Below are positions 37,896-50,697 of a stretch of 64,000 nucleotides of DNA, piece by piece. The notes beneath the pieces were generated by a model. The model saw only the letters and a list, made by a program, of their open reading frames with translations, was not told where the DNA came from and searched no databases. Within the stretch, counting starts at the first letter, position 1. Every line of letters begins with the position of its first letter. The DNA is from Centroscyllium fabricii. Its lineage: Eukaryota. The stretch spans positions 282,906,001-282,970,000 of the forward strand of contig JBNRSN020000006.1 in NCBI GenBank assembly GCA_051313645.2, given 5' to 3'. Position numbers and translations under genes: made by a program.

Positions 37896-38769
37896 GCATA
37901 GAATATAAGAGCAGGGAGGTTATGATGGAGCTGTACAAAACACTGGTAAGGCCACAGCTGGAGTAGTGTGTGCAGTTCTGGTCACCACACTATAGGAAGG
38001 ATGTGATTGCTTTGGAGAGGGTGCAGAGGAGATTCACCAGGATGTTACCTGGGATGGAACACTTCAGCTATGAAGAAAGACTGGGCAGGCTGGGGTTGTT
38101 TTCCTTGGAGCAGAGGAGGCTGAGGGGGGACCTGATTGAGGTGTACAAAATTATGAGGGGCATAGATAGGGTAAATAGAAAGGAACTTTTTCCCTTGGTA
38201 GAGGGGTCAATAACAAGGGGGCATAGTTTCAAGGTAAGGGGCAGGAGGTTCAGAGGAGATTTGAGGAAGAACTTTTTCACCCAGAGGGTGGTTGGAATCT
38301 GGAACTCACTGCCTGAAAGGGTGGTAGAGGCAGGAACCCTCACAACATTCAAGAAGCATTTAGATGAGCACTTGAAATGCCATAGCATACAAGGCTAAGG
38401 ACCAAATGCAGGAAAATGGGATTAGAATAGACAGGGCTTGATGGCTGGTACGGACGCGATGGGCCTCTTTCTGTGCTGTTAAACTCTATGACTATGACTT
38501 GAACCCACAACCTTCTGGCTTGGAGGCGAGAGTACCATCATTGATCCAAGGCCGACACCTATGTTGCTAAACGTGATAAGCTGTATCTGTCACATGAAGA
38601 GAAGCGACAGAAAAGGGCATTAGTGTGCAGTTGTCCCGGTGTTGCCAAATTCATCCTTCAGTTTAAATGCAGAAAATTTGGTACTCAAGGAACCAGGCCA
38701 TATTGTAGAACCACTTTAATTGGAAATGGGGTACAAATTCAAATCATCAAATAAATATACCATTTCATA

Positions 38770-39506
38770 CAGGTTGAGCACCAGTAATAGAAACATAGAA
38801 GATAGGAGCAGGAGTAGGCCTTTCGGCCCTTCGAGCCTGCTCCGCCATTCAATGAGATCATGGCTGATCATCCAAACCCAGTACCCTGTCCCTGCCTTCT
38901 CCCCATCGAGCCTGCACGGACACATATCCCACCCTATCCCCGTAACCCCACATATTCAATCCCCCCTAACACTAAGGGTCAATTTATCCTGGTCAATAAA
39001 CCTAACCCGCACATCTTTGGACTGTGGGAGGAAACCGGAGCACCCGGAGGAAACCCACACAGACACGGGGAGAATGTGCAAACTCCACACAGATAGTACC
39101 CGAGGCTGGATTTGAACCCGGGTCTCCAGAGCTGTGAGGCAACAATGCAAACCACTATGCCACCGTGCCGCCCCAAATCCGGCACCCTCGGGGCCAGGCC
39201 GGTGCCGGACCAGTGAAAATTCGGAACCATTGAAGGTTCGGGGGGAGCGCGCGGTAGAACACTCCCTGGGGCCCGGAGCACGCGGGTAGAACACTCCCCG
39301 GGAGGGAGCCCGGGGATAGAACACTTACAAAACCTGAAAAAACAGAAACCCAAACACCCGACGCCTTCAGCGCTCGCTCACCCTTCCCGGGAAACGGTGG
39401 CGCCGCCGAGCGGCTACTCCGCAAAATGAAGAGCGCCGGTTTCCAATTGTGCCGAACCACTGAAGCTGCCGGACCATCGGGTGCCGGATTGCCGGGGCTC
39501 AACCTG
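38770..39506. mobile_element. Tigger-like MITE interrupted by an HE1 V-SINE (38789-39174, minus)
   Basis: CAGGTTGAGCACC...GGGCTCAACCTG, TA flanks; full SINE inside the left terminus. Confidence 0.8.
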
Positions 39507-40254
39507 TAGTTCAAATTGAAGCTAAGTTGTGGGAGTGGGGGCGGGGTTAAGACATCGTTTCAGACAAAATAAATCAATGCTAAACACAGTGTGGTTACTG
39601 CAACTTTGAAAGATTTCTTGTGGTAAGGCCTTATCCTCCCTCAGGTTTGTCTCTTCACAGAACAATTTCTCAAAAACAGTGGATCCAGTGGCAACATCTT
39701 ATTAACACATTCTTATGAGCTGCTGCTCTTGTCCTCCAGCCCTGTAATATTTAAATTGTTTTTTTCTCCCATCATCAGTTCCAGCTCCTGCTGTGAATTA
39801 AAAATCAAGGACAGTCCAGCAGGATAGACACATAATACAGGTACACAATCCTTTATCCACAACTCCAAAAACCGAAAAGCTCCAAAAACCGATGTCCAGG
39901 GTTGCGCCAAAATAACCATTTTTTTCTTAAATAAATTGAAGTGACCAGCTGCAGCAGAAAAAAAATGTTTTTACCTTGATTTCGTGCTGTTGATGACGTG
40001 CTGAGGAAGGAGCAGCGCTCCGAAAGCTTGTGATTTCAAATAAAGCTGTTGGACTATAACCTGGTGTTTGTGTGAATTCTTACATTTGTCCATCCCAGTC
40101 CAACACCGGCACCTCCACATCAGGAAAAAAACGTCCATATCTCCTGTTCCAAACGGCCGATATGCCTGAGCCGTCAACTCTGCTCCTCTCTCCACCGATG
40201 CTGCCTGGCCTGCTGAGTTTCTCCAGCGTTTTCTGTTGTTGTGGTCGATATGCC

Positions 40255-40812
40255 ATTCCCGCTTGAAGAGCGCGCGCACTCGCGCCACGTGACCCGAGGC
40301 TATGCGTCTCCCTGGCAACGATTGTCCCAGCCGCGCAGCCCGCGCCACCAGTCCTGCTCACCACAACCCGCGATTTCACTTGTGTAATCTTTCCAGAAAG
40401 GTACAACACGGATATTCCTCCGAATGAATTGTCTATATTCCCGGGCCCGCGGGAGAATCAGTACATAACTCTACGATTCCGCGCTTTGTTTAAAACTAAT
40501 TGAAAAGGGACCGTCATTGTATGTTGATAAATGTCATGTTTGGTAATGTTGGGCCCTGTCTTCCTGTGGCCTGATTGCTGCGGGTGCGTGCAGATTTGCA
40601 CCCGACCGAGATTTTTTATTTTTTTATCTGCTGGACTTCCTGTGTGAAATGTCGATTTTTTTTCGTGGGCAGGGGTCTGTTTTTTTTTGGTGGTAGTGCT
40701 TTGTGCGTTGGTCGGGGACACGCCCCGAGGTCGGCTTTTTGAGACCACGCCCCCACAGAACGCACAGATCAAAGAAAATCAAGTGTTCAACTAAAGAAAA
40801 GAACAGGTAAGG
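40255..40812 (+). promoter_or_regulatory. Promoter-like CpG-rich segment
   Basis: E-box CACGTG 40286-40291, RFX X-box GTCTCCCTGGCAAC 40306-40319, ETS-like ACTTCCTG, two CACGCCCC boxes, donor CAG|GTAAGG at 40807. Confidence 0.45.
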
Positions 40813-40851
40813 AAGAAGTTTTTCTTTGTTTTTTTTCAGTTTGTAGGAAGC

Positions 40852-41344
40852 TGGTCTTACAGCTTGTAAAGCTGATGGTTTTTATATTTTTTGGTGATAG
40901 GTCAAAAATCGGCGATTTCAACCCCTCGCAGCTCTCAGCTCAAACAGCTCAGCTCTCAGCTGGAATCGCGTAGAAATCGGCGATTTTTTAACTATCACCA
41001 AAAAATATATAAAGCTTCATGTTTGTGGTCTTACAGCTTGTAAATCTGATGGTTTATATATTTTTTTGTGATAGTTTAAAAAATCGGGAATTTGAGCTGT
41101 TCAAATTCCCGATTTTTTAAACTATCACAAAAAAATATATAAACCATCAGATTTACAAGCTGTAAGACCACAAACATGAAGCTTTATATATTTTTTTGTG
41201 ATAGTTAAAAAATCGCCGATTTCTACGCGATTCCAGCTGAGAGCTGAGCTGTTTGAGCTGAGAGCTGCGAGGGGTTGAAATCGCCGATTTTTGACCTATC
41301 ACCAAAAAATATAAAAACCATCAGATTTACAAGCTGTAAGACCA
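40852..41344. repeat. 493-bp near-perfect palindrome
   Basis: Arms of ~244 bp centred on 41098 with a 5-nt spacer GCTGT; internal sub-hairpins. Confidence 0.92.
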
Positions 41345-42079
41345 CAAACAAATATCTCCAAAGAAATAATTTAAAAAAAAACTTTAAACCTGTTTTTTTC
41401 ACTTCTCAAACCTGCCTGCACTCTCTTAAGACTGGTATTTACGTGGGCAGAAAAATGGAGGCTTCCCCACGTTGTACACCTGAATTTTGAGCATCAGAGT
41501 ACAGGAAGTCTGCAGCTCAAAGTGCTTCGTGGGGAGGAAGCTGAAGCCACTTGCCCATCAGCACAGGAAGTTCACGTTTCTGGTAAGCACCTGAGCTGCC
41601 TCCCCACAAAGCATTTTCGTGGGGGGGGCAGCTCTTCTGGAGCACAGGAAGACATGGCCCGTTATTTTCGTGGATATTTCGTATATATTCCGACTGCAAA
41701 CTGGGCCGCAAACATGGCAATGCGCATGCGCACTGGGCCAACTCTAAAAACCAAAATTATCCGAAAACTGATACCCGCCCGGTCCCGAGGCTTTCGGATA
41801 AAGGGTTGTATACCTGTAGTAAGAATTCATCTGGTGCTACGTGTAGCAACATCGTCACTGTTCATGAAAAATTCCTCTGATCGTTATTTCTAGTGAAATA
41901 GTAAACGCATTCCTTTAGCATGTGCTTATGACATTGCTAGGAATAGTGGAGGGCGAGAAAAGATTCTCCAAACCATGCATAATGTCGCAGCTCACAGTGA
42001 CCAAAGGATTTTTGCACCAGGGACAGGAGGCATAAAATTATCAGGAGAGTCACCATTTAAAAATGATTGAAACGAACAA

Positions 42080-43095
42080 GAACATAACATAAGAACATGG
42101 AAGGAGCAGGAGTCGGCCATTTGGCCCCTCGAGCCTGCTCCTCCATTCAATGAGATCATGGCTGATCGGATCTTGGCCTCAACTCCACTTCCCTGCCCGC
42201 TCCCCATAACCCTCGACTCCCTTATCGTTCAAAAATCTGTCAATCTCCACCTTAAACATATTCAGTGACCCAGCCTCCACAGGTCTCTGGGGTAGAGAAT
42301 TCCAAAGATTCACGACCCTCAGATAAGAAATTCCTCCTCATCTCCGTTTTAAATGGGCAACACGTTATTGTGAAACTATGCCCCCAGTTCTAGATTCCCT
42401 CATGAGGGGAAACATCCTCTCAGCATCTACCCGGTCAAGCCACTTCAGAATCTTATACATTTCAATAAGATCCCCTCTCATTCTTCTGAACTCCAATGAG
42501 TATTGACCCAACCTGCTCAACCTTTCTTCAAAAGACAACCCCCTCATCTCTGGAATCAACCTCGTTAACCCTCTCTGAACTGCCTCCAATGCAAGTATAT
42601 CCCTCCTTAAATAAGGAGACTAAAACTGCACGCAGTACTCCAGGTGTGGTCTCACCAACGCCCTGTACAGTTGAAGTAAGACTTCCCTACTTTTATACTC
42701 CAACCCCCTTGCAATAAAGGCCAACATTCAATTTGCCTTCCTAATCACTTGCTGTACCTGCATGCTAACTTTTTGTGTTTAGTGTACAAGGACCCCCAGA
42801 TCCCTCTGCACCACAGCATTTTGTCGTCTCTCTCCATTTAAATAATAATTTTATTATTTATTTTTCCTACCAAAGTGGATAACTACACATTTTCCCACAT
42901 TATACTCCATCTGCCAAATTTTTGCCCACTCACTTAACCTATCTATATCCCTTTGCAGATTCTGTGTGTCCTCTTCACAACTTACTTTCCCACCCATCTT
43001 TGTACATTACACTCGGTCCCTTCATCCAAGTCATTAATATAGATTGTAAAAAGCTGAGGCCCCAGCACTGATCCCTGTGGGACCCCACTAGTTAC
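42080..43095 (-). mobile_element. CR1 LINE 3' fragment
   Basis: [16 protein letters not shown]..., EAVQRGLTRLIPEMRGL; CR1 tail. Confidence 0.9.
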
Positions 43096-44270
43096 AAGAA
43101 AATCTGCAATTGTGGATAGCAGCAGACAGTAACTTATAATTTCTGGTGATAGAAGTTTGTTCACGTTATCCTTCATCTTGTAAGAAAGTCATGTATTTTG
43201 CCAGATGGAATTCTGGGGAGGAGGAAGAGGGATGATCACCTTATTATGCAAGTACAAGTTTCGATAAAAATAGCACTAATTTTAAGGCTGCAAGATACAG
43301 ATCTCTGATCTAGGTAAGACTATGTGCCCTGTTTTCCCAAAGCCCAACCTTAATCCTTGGACTACACACATGTTTAAAGACAATACGTGTTCAATATCAG
43401 ATGTACAAATCCATGCTTTGTTCAATTAAATTCACAGTTTGTACTACATAAAGCAGATTTTCTGAGAATAAATAAAATTGGCCGAGAGAGTACACTGTAC
43501 AACCTCAATACACACCAGTCAATTGTCAGCTATCCTAAAAAATGATGCAGCAGCTCACAATGTATTTAGAAAGTATTGTGAACATTTAAGTGCAGACTCG
43601 GGTTGCAAAGGGGTGGAAAGTTTCCGGTAAATTTCCGGAAATTTTCCACGGGAAGTTTAGCTTGGGAATTTTGCCCAAAAAAGCACATGCTAGCATAATA
43701 TTGGTTTTTTTGTATTTCTTTCTTTTTTTTCCCCACAGGTCCTCTCTTAAAATTACTAGCAGAGATGGAATCTTAATTATTAAGGAATTTCTTAATCAAT
43801 ATATGTTTATCTTCTTACTTGGCTTGTTTTAATCATTACAAGTTTTGTGTGTGACTGTGAACAAATGTGTCCTGATTGGTTGGATGAGTGGATGAGCGAT
43901 TAGCTCCCTCTATTTGTAATATTTGCATATCAAATTGTGATTGGCCTGCAGGCATCTGTAAGACTGCTATAGTTTTTTTTAAGGTCCAGGTTCGGGGTCC
44001 TGAGGGAAGTCATTTTGTTTTCTGATGTTGTGATGATGCAGTAAGTAAATCAGACTTTATACCAAATAAACCAGTTACTTGTTGAACTCTGTTGTCCTTC
44101 AATTTAAAATATACAAAATAATACACTATTGGTGATGTAGCGTCGTGTGTGTACAGGTCATGCTTCCATCACATGGAGCATCAGCAAAAATGTACTCACC
44201 CTGTTGCAATCGTGTGGATCGACCGCAGTTTGACACAGAGCTGAATCCCTTTATTTCTCTGCATAGAACA

Positions 44271-46083
44271 ATGCCACGTTTACCGTCCGATGTGTGGAAG
44301 CATTTTACCCCAGGCATTAAAGATGGAAAGACGGTGTACATGTGCAAACAGTGTACAAAGCCATATGTGAAGAATGCCACAAAGATGCAGCAGCATTTAT
44401 CCAAATGCAACAACTTCACTCAAAGCTCACAGTAGTCAGCCCAGAGTTCCTCTGCTTCCATTGAAGAAGATGATGGTTCTCATTCAGCATCAGGCTCCTT
44501 ATCATCAGCAACTCCTGGCCCACTTGGAAGGTTCTTTGATACAATGGGTAACCTTAGCCAGAAGAATGCAGATGAGTGCCTTGCTCGAGCTGTATATGCA
44601 ACAGGCTCACCCCTCATGCTCACAGCCAATGTGTACTGGAAGATATTTTTCAATGTTATTTGCCCTGCATACTGTCCTCCCACCAGACATGCTTTGTTTA
44701 CTTATTTGCTGGAGGCTGAGTATAACAGAGTCCAAGGAAAGCTCAAAGAAACGATAGCGATGGCAGACTGTGTTGCAGTTATCTCAGATGGGTGGTCAAA
44801 TGTACGAGGGGAGGGCATCATAAACTACATCGTCTCCACTCCTCTCCCAGTGTTCTTCAAGAGCACAGACACGAAGGACAACAGACACACAGGCACATAT
44901 ATTGCTGATGAGCTGAAAGTGGTCATCAACGATCTTGGATCACAAAAGGTCTTTGCAGTAGTTACTGACAATGCTGCGAATATGAAGGCTGCTTGGGCTC
45001 AAGTGGAGGAGGCCTACCCTCATATTACGTCTATTGGGTGCGCAGCTCATGGGCTTAACCTGCTCCTCAAGGACATCATGAGTTTGAGAACCATGCAAGC
45101 ACTGTACAAGACAGCCAAACAAGTTGTTAAGTATGTCAGGGGAAAACAGGTAGTTGCAGCAACCTACAACTCCAAGCAAATGACAAAGAAAAGAACACCA
45201 CACTGAAGCTGCCCAACAACACTAGATGGGGTGGTGTTGTCATAATGTACAACAGCCTTCTGGAGGGTAAGGAGTCGCTGCAAGAAATGGCAATATCCCA
45301 GTCTGGGGATGTGGAAACCACCATCAAGAAAATACTGCTGGATGATGTGTTTTGGGAGAGAGAGGTTAGCAGCCTTAAACTACTCTCACCAGTAGCATCT
45401 GCAATTGCTCAGATTGAAGGAGAGGACGCTGTCTTGTCGATGTTCTCAGGCTTTTTGCTGATTTAAAAGAACAAATCAGCATTGACCTACCCACATCCCT
45501 GCTGTTCAAAGCAGAGCAGAAGGCAATTGTTCAATTCATACAGACGCGTCAAGAATTTTGTGTCAAGCTGATTCATGCTGCAGCATACATGCTGGACCCA
45601 AAGCATGTTGGGAGACCAATACTTTCTGGCGAACAGATCAACAGCGCTTACAGTGTGATTTCTACCCTCTCACGCCATCTCAATCTGGATGTGGGCAAAG
45701 TTCTGGGAAGTCTGGCAAAGTTCTCTCCCAAGCAAGGTCTTTGGAATGGGGACGGGATATGGGAATCATGCAAGCATATCAGTGCACATACCTGGTGGAA
45801 GGGACTTTGTGCATCTGAGGCCCTGTCACCTATTGCATCGGTGATACTCCAAATCCCACCTTCATCAGCGGTCTCTGAACAAAACTGGTCACTTTTTGGG
45901 AATATGCATACAAAGGTGCGCAACAGGCTGACTAACAAGAGAGTGGAGAAACTGGTGGCTATCCAGGCAAACCTACAACTTATTGAGCCAAATACAGAAG
46001 TGTCCACCACACAGCTAGACAGTGACACAGAGGAGGAAATGGACACATCAGAGCCAGAGTCAGAGAATCAGGAGGAGCAATGA
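44271..46083 (+). pseudogene. hAT transposase pseudogene (BED finger, DUF659-type DDE core, hATC dimerisation domain)
   Basis: VWKHF..CKQC..HLSKC; SDGW, VTDNAANM, CAAHGLNL, TRW, SSAVSEQNWS, RNRL; stop at 44433-44435 and several frameshifts. Confidence 0.92.
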
Positions 46084-46280
46084 TGAGTAGAAGACTCAGA
46101 AGACTCATGACTCATGAGTAGAAGACTCCAAGGGACAACATAAGGACAAATTACAGGCTAAATAAGCTGACGCTCTTATTATTTTACTTTAGATGGGTCT
46201 TTTTTGTGGGGGTTCAATAAAGTTCAAAATTATAACCTAAATAAAGTTTTGAAAGCCTGTTTTTATTTCTATGGAACAGT

Positions 46281-47040
46281 GGGCCAGAAATTAGCCCTGG
46301 AGCCTTCGTGCGGGTGCAGTGCTCCTAGTTGCACTTACCCAGCACTTCTGCCGTTTTGAATTTTTGCTCTGTGACTTTCCGAGTTGTACAGCTTGTCAAA
46401 GCTCTGTGGGAGCTGCCTGTGTAACTCAACGGCGTAATTAGTTCGAGATCTCCCGCGAGAGCACGTGATTGGCAGGGAGCCAATCAATGGAAGCAATCCA
46501 CCATTCAAAACTTACACGGAGAAATCTGTGTAAGTTTTGAAAGGAGAGATCTTCCAAAACACATCTAAACTCAAAAATAAAATTTTAAAAACACATCTTT
46601 TTAGCAGTACTTCAACTAACATAAATTACCGACTTTAAAGAAAAAAGAAAAATTTAGATTTTTTTTTTACACTCTTTAACAGGCCTAAAAGAATACTTAC
46701 ATGTCTTTAAAGTTAACAAAAATTATAAACCTGAAAGAACACTTAAAATCAATAAAATAAACACTTACCTGCTAAAAACAGGTGCTTACGACTGCTGTTT
46801 TCAAGCGTAGAATCTTCAGTGCTTGGTTCGATGAAAATCTTTTTTTTTTAAATCGGAAAGTCACTACGCACCACGTGGTGCGCAGGTTCGTGCGATAATC
46901 ATCGCAGTAGCTCTGCCCCCCCCGCTGGCTGCCTTCGGAAAGTCATGGAGCAGCATTTCGGCTGCTTCATGCGAGTTGGAGCTCTGGTGCGCTCGCCCCA
47001 GAGCTCCAAAACAAATATGCGCAATCGGAAAGATTGGGCC
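46281..47040. mobile_element. Harbinger-type MITE nested in the hAT 3' region
   Basis: GGGCCAGAAATT / AAGATTGGGCC termini, AGT TSD. Confidence 0.65.
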
Positions 47041-48539
47041 AGTATGTCTATTTTGATGACAAAGATAATAAGGGTCAGAGACAAAAACCATCAGTGTGCA
47101 AAAAAACTCAAAATTCCCGAAAATTCCCATGGAAAGTTTCCTCTTAAAAATTCCCAGAATTTTGCAACCCTGGTGCAGACTGACTCTATTTAATGCTGCC
47201 AATTCTTTTAATTTAAAGCAAGTTAACTTATTATATACCCAAGTCACAAATAATTTCTTCATGCTCTTCTTACAGGCAAAGCAGGAAGCACCATAAAATT
47301 GTCACTGAACTACAAACCACAATAAATGTTGGACTGAAATCATTTTTTTTTAAGTAGGAATGCCAATTTTTGCATTCTACCATGCAGTTTGACAAATGTT
47401 ATCAGCTGAATTTGGTTAATACCCCATACAAAAATATAATAGTCTTCCCCAAATGTTAAGTACAGCATACACGATATGGATTACTATTATTCTGTCTACA
47501 TAAAGTAATGGAAAACCAGTATATTCCAGTTCTATCTTTTCATTGTCACTAGTATGTTACAAGGTTTGAGGAGTTACAGTTAGAGAGACTTGAGATGGGG
47601 ATTTTTTTTCATTGGAGTGGAGAAGTTACCCGATAATGGTCTTTAACATTAATATGGGTCATGATGGAGTTAACAGTGATAGATTTTTAAAATTTGTTTT
47701 ATGGGATGGCAAGGCCAGCATTTATTGCCCATCCCTAATTCGCCTTGAGAAGATGGTGAGCCACCTTCTTGAACCGCTGTAGTCTGTGTGGTGAAGGTCG
47801 TCCCACAGTGCTGTTAGGGAGGGAGTTCCAGGATTTTGACCCAGCGATGATGAAGGATCGGTGATATATTTCTAAGTCAGGATGGTGTGTGACTTGGAGG
47901 GGAGCTTGGGTGGTGTTCCCATGCGCCTGCTGCCCTTGTCCTTCTAGGTGGAAAAGATCGCGGGTTTGGGAGGTGCTGCCAAAGAAGCTTTGGTGAGTTG
48001 CTGCAGTGCATCTTGTAGATGGTACACTGCAGCCAGGGTACGCTGGTGGTGCAGGGCATGAATTTGATGTGGTGGAAGGGGTGCCAATCAAGTGGGCTGC
48101 TTTGTCCAGGATGGCGTCGAGCTTCTTGAGTGTTGTTGGAGCTGCACTCATCCAGGCAAGTGGAGAGTATTCCATCACACTCCTTAATTGTGCCTTGTAG
48201 ATGGTGGAAAGGCTTTGGAGAGTCAGGAGGTGAGACACTTGCCGCAGAATACCCAGCCTCTATCCTGCTCTTGTTGCCGCAGTATTTATGTGGCTGGTCC
48301 AGTTAAGTTTCTGGTCAATGGTGACCCCCCAGGATGTTAATGATGGGGGATTTGGCGATGGTAATGCTGTTGAATGTCAAGGGGTGGTGGTTAGACTCAC
48401 ACTTGTTGGAGATGGTCATTGACTGGCACTTCTGTGGCGCGAATGTTACCTGCCACTTATCAGCCCAAGCCTGAACGTCGTCCAGGTTTTGTTGCATGCG
48501 GGCATGGACTGCGTCATTATCTGAGGACTGCGTCATTAT

Positions 48540-48972
48540 CTGTATGGTATGGAAACTGCACCATCTCGGACCAGAAGGCCCTGCAGCGGGTAGTCAAAAC
48601 TGCCCAATGAATCACTGGCACCCAGCTACCATCAGTTGAATGCACCTACCTCAAACGCTGCCTACGGAGGTCTCTGAACATTATTAAAGACCCCACACAC
48701 CCCAGCCATAGTCTTTTCGCCCCCCTGCCCTCCGGGAGACGCTACAGATCAATTCGCACCCGCACGACTGGATTCAAGAACAGCTTCTTCCCCAGGGCTG
48801 TCAGCCTCCTGAACTCTAAAAAGAAACTCCGGTACCTGCACGCCTGATAATGTACTCTACTGTATGCAATTGTATGTAACTTATTTGCACTACTCTCGGG
48901 AGCGGCGAGTCTTCGTCTCGTTGTATTATACCAGTACTCTGCAATGACAATAAATTTGAATTGAATTGAATT
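48540..48972 (+). mobile_element. Rex1/Babar LINE 3' fragment
   Basis: Homologous to 16429-16870; (TTGAA)n tail. Confidence 0.9.
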
Positions 48973-49221
48973 GTGAATGGCGCTGAACACTGTGCAATCA
49001 TCACCGAACATCCCCATTTCTGACCTCATGTTGGAGGGAAGGTCATTGATGAAACAGCTGAAGATGGTTGGGCCTAGGACACTGCCCTGGGGAACACCTG
49101 CAGTAATGTCCTGGGGCTGTGATGATTGACCTTCAACCACCACAACCATCTTCCTTTGTGCTAGGTATGACTCCAGCCAGTGGAGAGTTTTCCCCGATTC
49201 CCATTGACTTCAGTTTTACTA

Positions 49222-49318
49222 TTGTAAGAAGTCACACAACACCAGGTTATAGTCCAACAGTTTTATTTGAAATCACAAGCTTTACGAGCGTAGCTCCTTC
49301 ATCAGGTGTAAGTTTTCA
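49222..49318 (-). mobile_element. Penelope pLTR fragment with mutated hammerhead
   Basis: TSD TCAGTTTTACTA; core GAAA changed to TAAA. Confidence 0.75.
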
Positions 49319-49366
49319 TCAGTTTTACTAGGGCTCCTTGATGCCACACTCGGTCAAATGCTGCCT

Positions 49367-49613
49367 TACATAGAAACATAGAAGCAGGAGTGGCCATTCG
49401 GCCCTTCGAGCCTGCTCCGCCATTCAATGAGATCATGGCTGATCATCCAAACATAGCACCCTGCCCCTGCCCTCTCCCCAGATCCCTCGATCCCTTATCG
49501 AGCCTGCACCGACACACATCCCACCCCATCCCCGTAAACCCACATATTCAATCCCCCTAACACTAAGGGTCAATTTATCCTGGCCAATCAACCTAACCCA
49601 CACATCTTTGGAC
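49367..49613 (-). mobile_element. HE1-like V-SINE, 5'-truncated
   Basis: 3' half and tail match the other copies. Confidence 0.85.
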
Positions 49614-50697
49614 TTGCCTTGATGCCTCACCTCTGGAATTCAGCTCCTTGTCCACGTATGGACCAAGGCTGTAATGAGATCGGGAGCCGACTGGTCTTGG
49701 CGGAACCCAAACTGGGCATCAGTGAGCAGGTTATTGGTGAGTAAGTGCTGCTTGATCGCACTGTCGATGACACCTTCCATCACTTTGCTGATGATTGAGA
49801 GTAGGCTGATGGAGCGGTAATTGGCCGGATTGGATTTGTCCTGCTTTTTGTGGATGGGACATATCTGGGCAGTCTTTCACATGGTCGGATAGATGCCAGT
49901 GTTGTAGCTGTACTGGAACAGCTTGGCTAGTGGCGCAGCTAGTTCAGGAGCACATGTCTTCAGCATAATAGCCAGGATGTTCTCGGGGCCCATAGCCTTT
50001 GCTGTATCCAGTGCGCTCGGCCATTTGTTGATATCACGTGGAGTGAATCTAATTTTCTGAAGACTGGCTCCTGTGATGGTGGGAGACCTCAGGAGGAGGC
50101 CGATATGGATCATCCACTCGGCACTTCTGGCTGAAGATGGTTGCGAATGCTTCAGCCTTGTCCTTTGCACTTGCGTGCTGTGCTCTACCATCATTGAGGA
50201 TGGGGACATTCATGGAGCCTCCTCCTCCCGTTAGTTGTTTAATCGTCCACCACCGTTCACGACTGGATGTGGTAGGACTACAGAGCTTTGATCTGATCCA
50301 TTGATTGTGGGATCGCTTAGCCCTGTCTATAGCATACTGCTTCCGCTGTTTAGCATGCATGTAGTCCTGTGTTGCAGCTTCCCCAGGTTGGCACCTCATT
50401 TTTAGGTACGCTTGGTGCTGCTCCTGGCATGCTCTTCTACACTCCTTGTTGAACCAGGGTTGGTCCCCTGGCTTGATGGTAATGGTAGAGTGAGGGATAT
50501 GCTGGGCCATGAGGTTACAGATTGTGGTGGAATATAATTCTGCTGCTGCTGATGGCCCACAGAGCCTCATGGATGCCCAGTTTTGAGCTGCTAGATCTGT
50601 TCTGAATCTATCCTATTTAGCACGGTGTGTGTCCTCAGTGTGAAGATGGGACTTCGTCTCCACAATGACTGTGCGGTGGTCACTGCTACCAATACTG

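Larger units (their letters stand above)
33998..38497 (+). mobile_element. CR1 LINE (end of ORF1 SGNH-esterase, then ORF2 APE endonuclease + RT), decayed
   Basis: LNAWLKSWC..LYKSDGLYLN; YLNARSL, ITETWL, YYRPP, DFN, LDLIL, DH; KSPGPD, KFADD; CTATGA tail; frameshifts and insertions. Confidence 0.95.
39838..41816. mobile_element. 2-kb non-autonomous Tigger4/Zombi-like element with heterogeneous cargo
   Basis: TIRs CAGGTA(C/T)ACAA(T/C)CCTTTATCC, TA flanks; MER46-like 5' (CCAAAAACCGAAAAGCTCCAAAAACCG) and 3' (GGTCCCGAGGCTTTCGGATAAAGGG) subterminal layout. Confidence 0.75.
43598..47172 (+). mobile_element. Full-length hAT transposon
   Basis: TIRs (T/C)(C/A)GGGTTGCAAA; perfect 8-bp TSD GTGCAGAC (43590-43597, 47173-47180); GGAAA(A/G)TTT subterminal repeats. 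Confidence 0.93.

Noticed and set aside
44271-46083. Domesticated ZBED gene
   Set aside because: Multiple disabling lesions; TIRs and TSD are retained
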